From Candidatus Dormibacteria bacterium (GTDB taxonomy: Bacteria; Chloroflexota; Dormibacteria; DASZGP01): a stretch of 64,000 nt of DNA. Made by a program: the position numbers and the translations under genes. This document shows, piece by piece, positions 25,649 to 33,757 of this stretch (positions are counted from its first letter, which is position 1; the number at the start of each line of letters is the position of its first letter). The notes below the pieces were generated by a model, which was given only the letters and a program-made list of their open reading frames with translations, made no database searches and was not told where the DNA came from. The stretch covers positions 4,730-68,729 of the forward strand of contig JBHEMS010000014.1 in the NCBI GenBank assembly GCA_046262455.1, given 5' to 3'.

Positions 25649-26743
25649 TTAGCGCGAGGCCAGCAGCGCGCGGTACACGTCCACCGTGAGCTCGGCGGAC
25701 TTCCTCCAGCTGTAGCGCGCCGCGGTCCTGGGCCCCCGGACGCGGAGGTCCGCTGCGAGGCGAGGGTCGTCGAGGACGCGGTCGATGGCGTCGGCCAGGG
25801 CGTTCACGTCACCCGGCGCATACAGGATCGCGCTGTCACCGACCAGCGTCGGCAGGTTGGCCGACCGGGCGGCGATGAGCGGCGCCCCGCACGCGAGGGC
25901 CTCCAGAGCAGTGAGCCCGAAGCCCTCGTGGCGCGAGGGCAACACCACCGCGGCGGCCCCGCGGTAGAGCGCCGCCAGCGTCTCGTCGGCGACGAAGCCA
26001 GCAACCAGCACCCGCACACCCAGTTCGGCAGCCGCGGCGGCCAGCCGTTCACTCTCAGTTCCCGTCGCGCCGGCGAAGAGCATCGGCGTGCCGGCATGAC
26101 GGCTCAGCTTCAGCGCGGCGAGAAGGCTGTCGAGGTCCTTGCGGGGATCGTGCGCCCGCGTGCTGCCGACCCACAGCAGGTAGCGGCCGTCCGGGGCCCC
26201 GGCGCGGTGGCGCCGGTCGCTGTCCTCATCCTCTGGCGCCTGCGCCCGGAACTCTTGCGCGACGGCCTCCGGGACGACGGTGACGCGAGCGGGGTCGAGG
26301 TCCAGGATGTTCACCGCCTCGTCCGCGGTGGCCTGGCTCACGGCGATGACCGCGCCGACTCGCCGCAGCCGGCGCCGCTGCATCGCGAGGTAGCGCCCGG
26401 TGACCCCGCCGCGCGGAGTCTCGGCGGCCCAGGGGATCACGTCATGGAGGGTCACAACCTGCCGCCGCAGCGGCCAAAAAAGGGCGGGGTCCGACGCCAG
26501 GCACTGGACCAGGTCCGCGCGATGTAGCCGGGCGGCCGGGCCGATGTATGGCTGCGCCCAGGCAAAGCGAACCGCCCAGCTCTCACGCGGGGGCGGACCC
26601 GGCGGCTGGACCGCGTGCAGGGCGACCTGGTCGTCGCGGCGAAGCTCGGTCAGCAGGGACGAGGCATAGCGTCCGATACCCGCAGTGGCCCGGCTGTCTC
26701 CCAGCGCGCTGGCGTCGGCGAGCACCCGGATCTTCCCTCCCAC
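25649..26743 (-). CDS. GT4-family glycosyltransferase
   Basis: GIGRYASSLLTEL at the N-terminus, and LPSRHEGFGLTALEALACGAPLIAA (E-x7-E region). Confidence 0.8.
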   Translation of the reverse strand: MGGKIRVLADASALGDSRATAGIGRYASSLLTELRRDDQVALHAVQPPGPPPRESWAVRFAWAQPYIGPAARLHRADLVQCLASDPALFWPLRRQVVTLHDVIPWAAETPRGGVTGRYLAMQRRRLRRVGAVIAVSQATADEAVNILDLDPARVTVVPEAVAQEFRAQAPEDEDSDRRHRAGAPDGRYLLWVGSTRAHDPRKDLDSLLAALKLSRHAGTPMLFAGATGTESERLAAAAAELGVRVLVAGFVADETLAALYRGAAAVVLPSRHEGFGLTALEALACGAPLIAARSANLPTLVGDSAILYAPGDVNALADAIDRVLDDPRLAADLRVRGPRTAARYSWRKSAELTVDVYRALLASR

Positions 26744-26754
26744 TGAGGGTCAGT

Positions 26755-27051
26755 CTAAGAAGGAATCTCCCGGAGGAAGCGTTTCTGGGCGTCGGGGAGG
26801 GACTCCGCCCTCACGCAGCTCTCGAACCCGTGGTGCTTGTGGGTGGCGTCGCAGAAGGGCTTGTTCTCCGAGAGCCCGCAGCGGCACAGCGCGGCGTGAC
26901 TGCCCGCCGGCACCGAGAGGATCGGCGTCCCCTCGGCGTCGACGATCTCCGCCGGGCCATAGACGCGGTTGGAGGCGTTGTCGCGGACGACGATCCTCGC
27001 ACCTGCCACGGCTCGACTATAGGCAGTGGCGTCAGCGGGCGATCTCTCCAT
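26755..27051 (-). CDS. CDGSH iron-sulfur domain protein
   Basis: ALCRCGLSENKPFCDATHK fits the CDGSH 2Fe-2S motif C-x-C-x2-S-x3-P-x-C-D-x-x-H. The start is Met at 27051 (MERSPAD). Confidence 0.75.
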   Translation of the reverse strand: MERSPADATAYSRAVAGARIVVRDNASNRVYGPAEIVDAEGTPILSVPAGSHAALCRCGLSENKPFCDATHKHHGFESCVRAESLPDAQKRFLREIPS

Positions 27052-27496
27052 GGCGGTGGATGCACACCCAGCGGTCACCCTGGCGGCGATAAATTGTCGT
27101 GGCCCGCAGTCGCATGGGCCCGCGCTCGCCGCCGTCGACCCGCACGGTACCCTCCTCGAAGCCGGCCAGGTAGGCGATGTCGCCGAACACCGCGCCACCC
27201 AGGGGGGTGAACTTCATCTCACCCTCCGATAGGCGCCCCGCGGCCATCGTCAGGCCGCCCTCAAGCACGTCCCAGCCGCGCCCGGAGATGTCGAACCCAC
27301 CGTGGAGGGTGAGTTCGCCGTCGTGGGCCCAGTTGTCCAGGGCAGGGTCGCCGTTGAAGAAGGAATTGTTGTTGGCCTGGTGGAAGCGGATCAACTCCGC
27401 GATCTCGGGCGAGGCGGTTGCCTCACTCATGGGCTGACCGATCACGGTAAACCCGGGAGCGGTCCCCGCGGTGGTCGTGAGCTGGTCGGTAGACAT
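27032..27496 (-). CDS. NTF2-fold protein (SnoaL/DUF4440-like)
   Basis: The size and the C-terminal ...TTIYRRQGDRWVCIHRH are typical of DUF4440/SnoaL-like proteins. Confidence 0.55.
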   Translation of the reverse strand: MSTDQLTTTAGTAPGFTVIGQPMSEATASPEIAELIRFHQANNNSFFNGDPALDNWAHDGELTLHGGFDISGRGWDVLEGGLTMAAGRLSEGEMKFTPLGGAVFGDIAYLAGFEEGTVRVDGGERGPMRLRATTIYRRQGDRWVCIHRHGEIAR

Positions 27497-27499
27497 CGC

Positions 27500-27865
27500 C
27501 TACGCCTCGCCCTGGTCGCCGGGCATAAGCAGGAACGCGCAGCCGACCACACCCAGCGCGGCTATGAGCCCGGCGCCACCGCGGGTGACCATGCTGCTGG
27601 CCAGGACGACACCCAGCGTGCCCTTGACTGCGCTGACCACCGACACAGTGATGCCGAGGGGCTTACCCCAGCCCCGCCCTAGCCAGAGCGCAACCGCGGC
27701 GGCTACGCCAAGCGGGATCAGCACCAGGCTGACGACGACCACCGGGGACGGCATCGGCAGCACCAGGGCACCGAGTTCGAAAACACTCAATCCGACCAGG
27801 ACGCCTGCCGCGATGGCGCGCGCCCCCGCGCGTCCGTTTGCCTGGACCACGTGATCTGTTGACAT
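27500..27865 (-). CDS. hypothetical membrane protein (about 4 TM)
   Basis: Met at 27865 is preceded by GAAGGAGG. The product is hydrophobic and Gly/Ala/Val-rich, with no recognisable family. Confidence 0.5.
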   Translation of the reverse strand: MSTDHVVQANGRAGARAIAAGVLVGLSVFELGALVLPMPSPVVVVSLVLIPLGVAAAVALWLGRGWGKPLGITVSVVSAVKGTLGVVLASSMVTRGGAGLIAALGVVGCAFLLMPGDQGEA

Positions 27866-27998
27866 GTGACCTCCTTCGGGGGCTTTCGCCTCCCGCTGTT
27901 TCTTTACGGTTTGTAATCTAACGTGAACTGGACAGCATGTCAAGTAGGACCCGAAAACACGTCGTCGTCGGGCTACGGGCACGTTGGAAGCTGCTTAC

Positions 27999-28026
27999 TG
28001 TTTCACCGTCAGGTCGCACGTGAAAC
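27999..28026. promoter_or_regulatory. split parS-like site: TGTTTCAC, 13-nt spacer, GTGAAAC
   Basis: The sequence is TGTTTCACCGTCAGGTCGCACGTGAAAC. It is a near-identical inverted copy of the site at 31703-31731. It lies 61 nt upstream of the SPFH start. Confidence 0.45.
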
Positions 28027-28087
28027 GTGCGCGGCGCATGCCATCCTCATCGTGAAAGGCGACAATTGAGGGGCTCAGGAGGCTGCT

Positions 28088-28960
28088 GTGTTTTTCGCCG
28101 TCGGAATCATCCTCATCGTCCTCGTGGTCCTGTTCTTCATGTCCGTTCGCGTGCTGCAGGAGTACGAGCGGGGGGTGGTCTTCCGGCTCGGCCGCCTCAT
28201 GCCCATCAAGGGCCCGGGCTTCGTGCTGATCATCCCCTTCGGGGTCGACCGTCTGGTCAAGATCGACCTCCGAACCGTGACGCTGGAAGTTCCGCCGAAG
28301 GAGGTCATCACCCGCGACAACGTGACCATCAAGGTCATCGCCGTCATCTACTTCAAGATCGTGGACCCGGGCCGCGCGGTGACCCAGGTCCTCAACTATG
28401 TCAACGCCACCTCGCAGATCGCCCAGACCACCCTGCGCTCGGTCCTCGGCGAGTCCACCCTCGACGAACTCCTGGCGGGCCGCGAGCAGGTGAATCAGCG
28501 CCTGCAGCTGATCATCGACGAGCACACCGAGCCGTGGGGGGTCAAGGTCAGCACCGTCGAGGTCAAGGACGTCGAGCTGCCGCAGACGATGCAGCGGGCG
28601 ATGGCCAAGGAGGCTGAGTCCGAGCGCGAGAAGCGGGCCAAGATCATCCACGCCCGCGGCGAGTTCGAGGCTTCACAGCAGTTGATGGAGGCCGCGGAGG
28701 TGATCGGCCGGGAGCCCGCGGCGCTGCAGCTGCGCTACCTCCAGACGCTGACGGAGATCGGCGTCGAGAAGAACACCACAATCATCTTCCCCCTGCCCGT
28801 CGACATCATCGACGCCCTCCTGGGCCTCAGCAGGCGCGCCGGGCGCGAGGCCGGCAGCGCAGGGGCGGCCGACCCGAGCCCGGACCCTGCCCCGAGCCCG
28901 GCTTCCGCCACGACCCTGCCCCCGGCTCGCAGGGCGCGACCGGCTCCCCCGCGCGACTGA
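28088..28960 (+). CDS. SPFH/band-7 (stomatin-like) protein
   Basis: An N-terminal TM segment is followed by VLQEYERGVVFRLGRL...TRDNVTI...ALQLRYLQTL. The GTG start is preceded by AGGAGG. Confidence 0.9.
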   Translation: MFFAVGIILIVLVVLFFMSVRVLQEYERGVVFRLGRLMPIKGPGFVLIIPFGVDRLVKIDLRTVTLEVPPKEVITRDNVTIKVIAVIYFKIVDPGRAVTQVLNYVNATSQIAQTTLRSVLGESTLDELLAGREQVNQRLQLIIDEHTEPWGVKVSTVEVKDVELPQTMQRAMAKEAESEREKRAKIIHARGEFEASQQLMEAAEVIGREPAALQLRYLQTLTEIGVEKNTTIIFPLPVDIIDALLGLSRRAGREAGSAGAADPSPDPAPSPASATTLPPARRARPAPPRD

Positions 28961-28970
28961 ACCCCCGCAC

Positions 28971-29990
28971 TTGAGCGTGGCGGCCTCGAGCGTCGACGTC
29001 GCCCAGCTCATTGAGCTCGCCCTGGCGCTGATCACGTTTTCGTTCATCCTGGTCGCCGCCAACCTTGGGGACAGCAGCTCGGCATGGCGGATCGTCGCCT
29101 TCTCCGGCGAGGTGGGCCTGTGCGCCGTCGTCGCCGCCCTCGCCGTGCTCAACATCATCACCGTCCTGGTCATCCCTGCCTCGGTGCAGGCGACCACCGG
29201 GCTACCGGCCAGCCGGGTGATCGGCGGCAACCTCCTGCAACTGGCAGGCGCGCTGGCCGCGCCGCTGGTCATGCTCCCGGCCATCCGGCGCCAGGTGGGC
29301 CGCCTGCTCAGGGACTTCCGCCCGGAGTCGGCCATCAACGCCGTGGGAGCCAGCATGTACGTGTTGGTGGTGACGCTGTTCCTGAGCCTGCAGTTCTCCA
29401 CCGACCAGCTCAAACAGATCAAGCAGAGCGGCGAGTCACCGTCCCTTCTGTACATCATCAGCACCAACCAGCTGCCCTTCCTGATCGTGGGCATCGTCGG
29501 GGTCGGCCTCTTCGTCCGCCGCTCCCCCGGCGAGGCGCTGAAGCGACTGGGCCTGGTCTGGCCCGGGTGGCGGTGGATCGGCGCGGGGGCGCTTGTCGCG
29601 GTGCTGCTGGTGTTCTTCGGTATCGCCTTCGACCAGTTGATCACCAAGCTCACCCCCGACCAGTCGAAGAGCATCAACGAGGCCAGCCAGCAGCTGCTCG
29701 CCAACGTGACCAGTCCGCTGGCGGCGGTCGCGCTGGCGCTGGCGGCGGGCATCGGCGAGGAGGTGCTCTTCCGCGGCGCCATTCAGCCCCGGCTGGGGAT
29801 CGTGGCGGCGGCGCTGATGTTCGCCGTGCTCCACACCCAGTACGCCATCAGCCTGGCCAGCCTGGAGATCTTCATCCTGGGCATCGCCCTCGGCTGGCTG
29901 CGGCAGCGCGGCAGCACGACGGCCGCGATCATCGCCCACTCCGGCTACGACCTGATCCTGCTGATGATCCCGTTTGTGCTGCACCACTGA
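28971..29990 (+). CDS. CPBP-family intramembrane glutamic endopeptidase
   Basis: The multi-TM protein carries GIGEEVLFRGAIQPRL (EExxxR), MFAVLH (FxxxH) and IIAHSGYD motifs. Confidence 0.8.
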   Translation: MSVAASSVDVAQLIELALALITFSFILVAANLGDSSSAWRIVAFSGEVGLCAVVAALAVLNIITVLVIPASVQATTGLPASRVIGGNLLQLAGALAAPLVMLPAIRRQVGRLLRDFRPESAINAVGASMYVLVVTLFLSLQFSTDQLKQIKQSGESPSLLYIISTNQLPFLIVGIVGVGLFVRRSPGEALKRLGLVWPGWRWIGAGALVAVLLVFFGIAFDQLITKLTPDQSKSINEASQQLLANVTSPLAAVALALAAGIGEEVLFRGAIQPRLGIVAAALMFAVLHTQYAISLASLEIFILGIALGWLRQRGSTTAAIIAHSGYDLILLMIPFVLHH

Positions 29991-30817
29991 TGGCGGTGAT
30001 CTGCGCGATCACCAACCAGAAGGGCGGGGTTGGCAAGAGCACGACCGCGGTCAACGTGGCGGCGTACGCCGCCGGCTGGGGCAGGCGCATCCTGCTGGTC
30101 GACCTCGATCCACAGGGCAACGCCAGCAGCGGTCTGGGGCTGCGCCGCGACCCGGAACGTTTCAGTGTTTACAACGTCGTGGTGGACGGCCAGCCGGCAG
30201 CAGAGGCCGTCGTGCCCACGACGGTGGCAGGCCTATCGATCCTGCCCTCTGACCTCGACCTGGCGGGGTCCGAGATCGAGTTGATCAGCATGCCGCGCCG
30301 CGAGAACCGGCTGGCATACGCGCTGGAGGCGGTGGCCGGTGACTACGACATCGTCATCGTCGATTGCCCGCCGTCCCTGGGGCTGCTGACGATCAACGCG
30401 CTGGTGGCCGCGACGCATCTGGTGATCCCCATCCAATGCGAGTTCTATGCCCTGGAGGGCCTGGCCCACCTGACGCAGACCCTCGACCTGGTGCGCAGGT
30501 CGTCGAACCCGGCGCTGGAGGTACTGGGGATCGTGATGACCCTGTACGACGGCCGCACGACGCTGAGCGCCCAGGTCGTGGCGGAGGTCCGCCGGGGGTA
30601 CCCCGAGCTCATCTTCGAGACCGTCATACCCCGCAACGTGCGCCTGAGTGAGGCACCGAGCTACGGGCAGAGCATCGCCCAGTACGACCCGCGGTCGCGC
30701 GGCGGGCGAGCATACGAAGCACTGACCAGGGAGATCCTCGGGCGGCTGACGCCGGTCGCGGAGCCGCAGCACGCCGGCGGAACGCCCGCCGTGCACCACG
30801 GACAGGAGGAGACCTGA
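29990..30817 (+). CDS. parA: chromosome partitioning ATPase ParA/Soj
   Basis: MAVICAITNQKGGVGKSTTAVNVAA contains the deviant Walker A motif, followed by LLVDLDPQGNAS. The ATG overlaps the upstream stop (TGATG). Confidence 0.92.
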   Translation: MAVICAITNQKGGVGKSTTAVNVAAYAAGWGRRILLVDLDPQGNASSGLGLRRDPERFSVYNVVVDGQPAAEAVVPTTVAGLSILPSDLDLAGSEIELISMPRRENRLAYALEAVAGDYDIVIVDCPPSLGLLTINALVAATHLVIPIQCEFYALEGLAHLTQTLDLVRRSSNPALEVLGIVMTLYDGRTTLSAQVVAEVRRGYPELIFETVIPRNVRLSEAPSYGQSIAQYDPRSRGGRAYEALTREILGRLTPVAEPQHAGGTPAVHHGQEET

Positions 30818-31698
30818 TGGGGAACCAGCGACACGGTGGGTTGGGACGGGGCCTGGGCGCGATCATCCCCGGCGGTCAGTTGACGGCGCGCGCCGCGGGG
30901 GTGGCGACATTGCCGGTGGACGCCATAGAGGCCAACCCCGACCAGCCACGGCAGACGTTCAACGACGCGGAGATGGACGGCCTGGTCAACTCCGTCCGGG
31001 AGCACGGGGTGCTCCAGCCCCTGGTGGTGACGCGGCACGGCGGCGGCTACCGGCTGATCGCCGGCGAGCGGCGGCTGCGTGCCGCGCGCACGGCGGGGCT
31101 CACCGAGGTGCCGGTGGTCGTTCGCGACGAGGCCCACCCGGTGGAGTCACTGGCGCTGGCCCTGATCGAGAACATCCAGCGCCACGACCTCAACGCGCTG
31201 GAGGAGGCGGAGGCGTTCCGCCGCCTCCTCGAGGAGTTCGAGCTCAGCCACGAGGCCATCGGACGCCAGGTGGGCAAGAGCCGCACATACGTGACCAACG
31301 CCCTGCGCCTGCTGGGTCTCGTGACCGCGGTGCAGGGAGCGCTGCTGAGGGGCGCCATCAGCGCTGGCCACGCGCGCGCCATCGCCGGCGTCCCGGAGGC
31401 ACTCCAGGAGGACGCGCTGCGTCGCGTCCTCAAGGCCGAGCTCAACGTTCGTGACACCGAGGCGCTGGCGCGAGAGATGGCCACTTCCGGGACCGCGACC
31501 AAGAGGCGCCAGCGCGCTGCGCGCGGTCAGGACCCCGACACGCGCGACCTGGAGTCCAAGTTCCGGGACGCACTGCAGTCGCGGGTCAGCCTGAGCCGGG
31601 GCCGTAAGGGCGGAAAGCTGGTGATCCAGTTCGCGTCCGACGAAGAGCTGGACGGCCTCTACCGCCTCCTGGTTCTGGGAGAGCGCCCCGCATTCTGA
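30817..31698 (+). CDS. parB: chromosome partitioning protein ParB/Spo0J
   Basis: GLGRGLGAIIP...QPRQTF...LIAGERRLRAA...ENIQRHDLNALEEAEAF (ParB boxes) plus an HTH. Confidence 0.92.
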   Translation: MGNQRHGGLGRGLGAIIPGGQLTARAAGVATLPVDAIEANPDQPRQTFNDAEMDGLVNSVREHGVLQPLVVTRHGGGYRLIAGERRLRAARTAGLTEVPVVVRDEAHPVESLALALIENIQRHDLNALEEAEAFRRLLEEFELSHEAIGRQVGKSRTYVTNALRLLGLVTAVQGALLRGAISAGHARAIAGVPEALQEDALRRVLKAELNVRDTEALAREMATSGTATKRRQRAARGQDPDTRDLESKFRDALQSRVSLSRGRKGGKLVIQFASDEELDGLYRLLVLGERPAF

Positions 31699-31702
31699 GC
31701 GA

Positions 31703-31731
31703 TGTTTCACGTGCCACCTGACGGTGAAACA
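31703..31731. promoter_or_regulatory. split parS-like site: TGTTTCAC, 13-nt spacer, GTGAAACA
   Basis: The sequence is TGTTTCACGTGCCACCTGACGGTGAAACA, starting 4 nt after the parB stop. Removing the 13-nt spacer gives the canonical TGTTTCACGTGAAACA. Confidence 0.45.
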
Positions 31732-31785
31732 GCACACAGTCGGCGGCGCAAGCCGTGAGGGGGTGGTAGCGTCGCCGAACGGGAT

Positions 31786-32172
31786 TTGGTGGGAGGAAGC
31801 GTCGTAACTGAAGCGAGCAGGCGGCATCGGGATCCAATAGACCGCCGGGTCGCCCTTGTGGGCTGCGTGCTTGGCGCTGCAGGAGTCCTCTTCTACGTTT
31901 GGCTCTTTGGTAGCGCGATCATTTTCAAGGGGGTAGAGATTCCCTCACCGCTGTACCGGCCCGTCGGCATCCTATCCTGGGCCAGTCCGCTCGCCAGCGT
32001 CATCCTGGGCATCGCCGTCGCGGCCCGAACGAGAGGCGGCTCAGGGCTGGCGTGGCTGTCTATCATGCTCGGGTGCATTGGCACGGGCATCTTCGTTTTT
32101 CTCCTCTTTGCGTCGGGGACATGGATGACAGACCCCTGCCAGTTTCTTGGTTTCTGTGATCCGCCGAGATGA
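31786..32172 (+). CDS. small membrane protein with conserved C-terminal WMTDPCQFLGFC
   Basis: It has 2-3 hydrophobic helices and is a paralog of 32285-32587. It sits in a lower-GC patch and the start is uncertain (TTG/GTG). Confidence 0.5.
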   Translation: MVGGSVVTEASRRHRDPIDRRVALVGCVLGAAGVLFYVWLFGSAIIFKGVEIPSPLYRPVGILSWASPLASVILGIAVAARTRGGSGLAWLSIMLGCIGTGIFVFLLFASGTWMTDPCQFLGFCDPPR

Positions 32173-32284
32173 TGTCGGGGTCAATATCGACTGCCCGCCC
32201 GCATAGCCGAGAAGGTGCGCAATCGCTGAAACGAGCGGCCGGCACCGAGTTCCGGTAGCCCGCCGCCTCGCGATCCTGGGCTGC

Positions 32285-32587
32285 GTGCTTGGCGCCGAGC
32301 CGCTTCTGTACGACGCGTGGGCAGTCGCGGACGCACTATTCAAGGGGCCAAGCGTCTCCGCGCCCGTGTATCGACTCTCCGAAGTAGTGGCCTGGATTCT
32401 CCCCCTCACCGCTGTAATCCTGGGCATCGCCGTCGTGGTGCGAACGAGAGGTGCCTCAGGACTGGCGTGGCTGGCAATCCTGCTCGGGTCTATGGGGATT
32501 GGCATCTTCGTACTTTCCCTGTTTGCGTTTGGGATCTGGATGACGGACCCCTGCCAGTGGCTTGGTTTCTGTGCTCAGCCTGGGTAA
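32285..32587 (+). CDS. small membrane protein paralog (C-terminal WMTDPCQWLGFC)
   Basis: It aligns with 31786-32172 over ...AVILGIAVVVRTRGASGLAWLAILLGSMGIGIFVLSLFAFGIWMTDPCQWLGFC. The nucleotide homology extends upstream of the GTG start, but that stretch has no canonical start codon. Confidence 0.45.
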   Translation: MLGAEPLLYDAWAVADALFKGPSVSAPVYRLSEVVAWILPLTAVILGIAVVVRTRGASGLAWLAILLGSMGIGIFVLSLFAFGIWMTDPCQWLGFCAQPG

Positions 32588-32723
32588 TGTCCAGGTCGGT
32601 CGACGCGCGAGCTATGCGAGGGCGACTGGGGGCCGTTGGGCCCGATGTCACCTACTTTTAGCGCTTTAGTTCTAGAACCCTTGTGCTAGTAGCAGTGAAA
32701 CACTGCTGTGGGATGATCCATCG

Positions 32724-33101
32724 GTGGCGACCGACCCTGGCGGCCCAAGCGAGTTCGACCTTGGCTTCCTCCTCGGCATTCTCTGCGGCGAGGGGCACTT
32801 TGGCGGCGATGGGCGCCAGCCGGAGATCACGCTGCGGATGCACACCCGCCACGAGCGCATGTTCCGCTGGCTGCAGGAGACCTTCCCGGGTGGGCGACTC
32901 TACGGCCCCTATCACCACGGCGGCCGCAGCTACTACCAGTGGATGGCGCGGGGCGAGTACCTCCGCAAGCAACTGGCACCCCTGATCGCCGGCCGGTTGG
33001 AGCAGCTTGACGACCACGCGGCCCAGCGCTTCCTGGCGATGTGCGCGAACTACGGCATCAGCACCGATCAGATCGGCGACGGCGCGAACCGTGCGGGTTA
33101 G
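32724..33101 (+). CDS. free-standing single-motif LAGLIDADG-like protein (I-CreI-type fold predicted)
   Basis: FDLGFLLGILCGEGHFGG resembles the LAGLIDADG helix with an acidic GEG. The order of downstream elements (ERMFRWLQETF, GRLYGPY, EYLRKQLAPLIAGRL) parallels I-CreI. Confidence 0.55.
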   Translation: MATDPGGPSEFDLGFLLGILCGEGHFGGDGRQPEITLRMHTRHERMFRWLQETFPGGRLYGPYHHGGRSYYQWMARGEYLRKQLAPLIAGRLEQLDDHAAQRFLAMCANYGISTDQIGDGANRAG

Positions 33102-33144
33102 AATCCGCCTCGTGCCTCTGCTGCGGCTGCGCCGCGCCTGAACG

Positions 33145-33732
33145 ATGTCCAGCTACCCATCCCTGACGACCTTCCCGCCGGCTGAAAAGCCCCCCAAGTC
33201 GTGGCTGCGCGACTTCATCGAGGTCGTTCTCCTGGCGCTCGCCCTGTTCGTCATCATCAGCTTCGCCGTGCAGACCATCCACGTGATGGGGCCGAGCATG
33301 GAAAACACGCTGCAGAACAACGACTTCCTGATCGCCAGCAAGATCAGCTACCGGCTGCATGAGCCCGAGCGCGGCGACATCATCATCTTCAAGCCGAGCA
33401 TCGACGCCCAGCACGACTACATCAAGAGGATCATCGCGAAGCCCGGCGACCGGATCCGCATCGCCCACGCGCAGGTGTTCATCAATGACCGCCAACTCTC
33501 GGAACCGTACCTGCCCGAGCCGTGGACCTGGTCGGACACCTGGAACCAGGGCAACGATGACACCGTCCCGCCCGGGCAGTACTTCGTCATGGGGGACAAC
33601 CGCAACCACTCCACCGACTCGCGCTTCCTGGGCTACCAGCGCAAGGACGCGTTCCTCGGCAAGGCCTGGGTGCGGATATGGCCGCTCAGCACTCTGACCG
33701 TCTTCCACCCGATCTCGAACTTCAAGAACTAG
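33145..33732 (+). CDS. lepB: signal peptidase I
   Basis: VMGPSMENTL (catalytic Ser), GDIIIFKP, YIKRIIAKPGDRI (catalytic Lys box) and FVMGDNRNHSTDSR. Confidence 0.92.
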   Translation: MSSYPSLTTFPPAEKPPKSWLRDFIEVVLLALALFVIISFAVQTIHVMGPSMENTLQNNDFLIASKISYRLHEPERGDIIIFKPSIDAQHDYIKRIIAKPGDRIRIAHAQVFINDRQLSEPYLPEPWTWSDTWNQGNDDTVPPGQYFVMGDNRNHSTDSRFLGYQRKDAFLGKAWVRIWPLSTLTVFHPISNFKN

Positions 33733-33757
33733 CCGCTCACGCGCGGGATCTCTCCTC

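Noticed and set aside
28000-31730. Reading the GTTTCAC...GTGAAAC 27-mers as CRISPR repeats.
   Set aside because: There are only two copies, 3.7 kb apart and in inverted orientation. No regular spacing and no cas genes are present. The half-sites match parS instead.
27999-31731. Inversion of the SPFH-CPBP-parAB segment between the inverted split-parS copies, as an explanation for parAB pointing toward the origin.
   Set aside because: Downstream genes outside the repeats (lepB, the APH kinase, the peroxiredoxin) are also on the plus strand. Orientation alone therefore does not single out this segment, and 29-nt repeats are short for homologous inversion.
32686-32706. The hairpin AGCAGTGaaaCACTGCT, which contains GTGAAACA, considered as a third parS half-site.
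   Set aside because: No partner TGTTTCAC half-site lies nearby. It is a simple 7-bp stem-loop and the match is probably coincidental.
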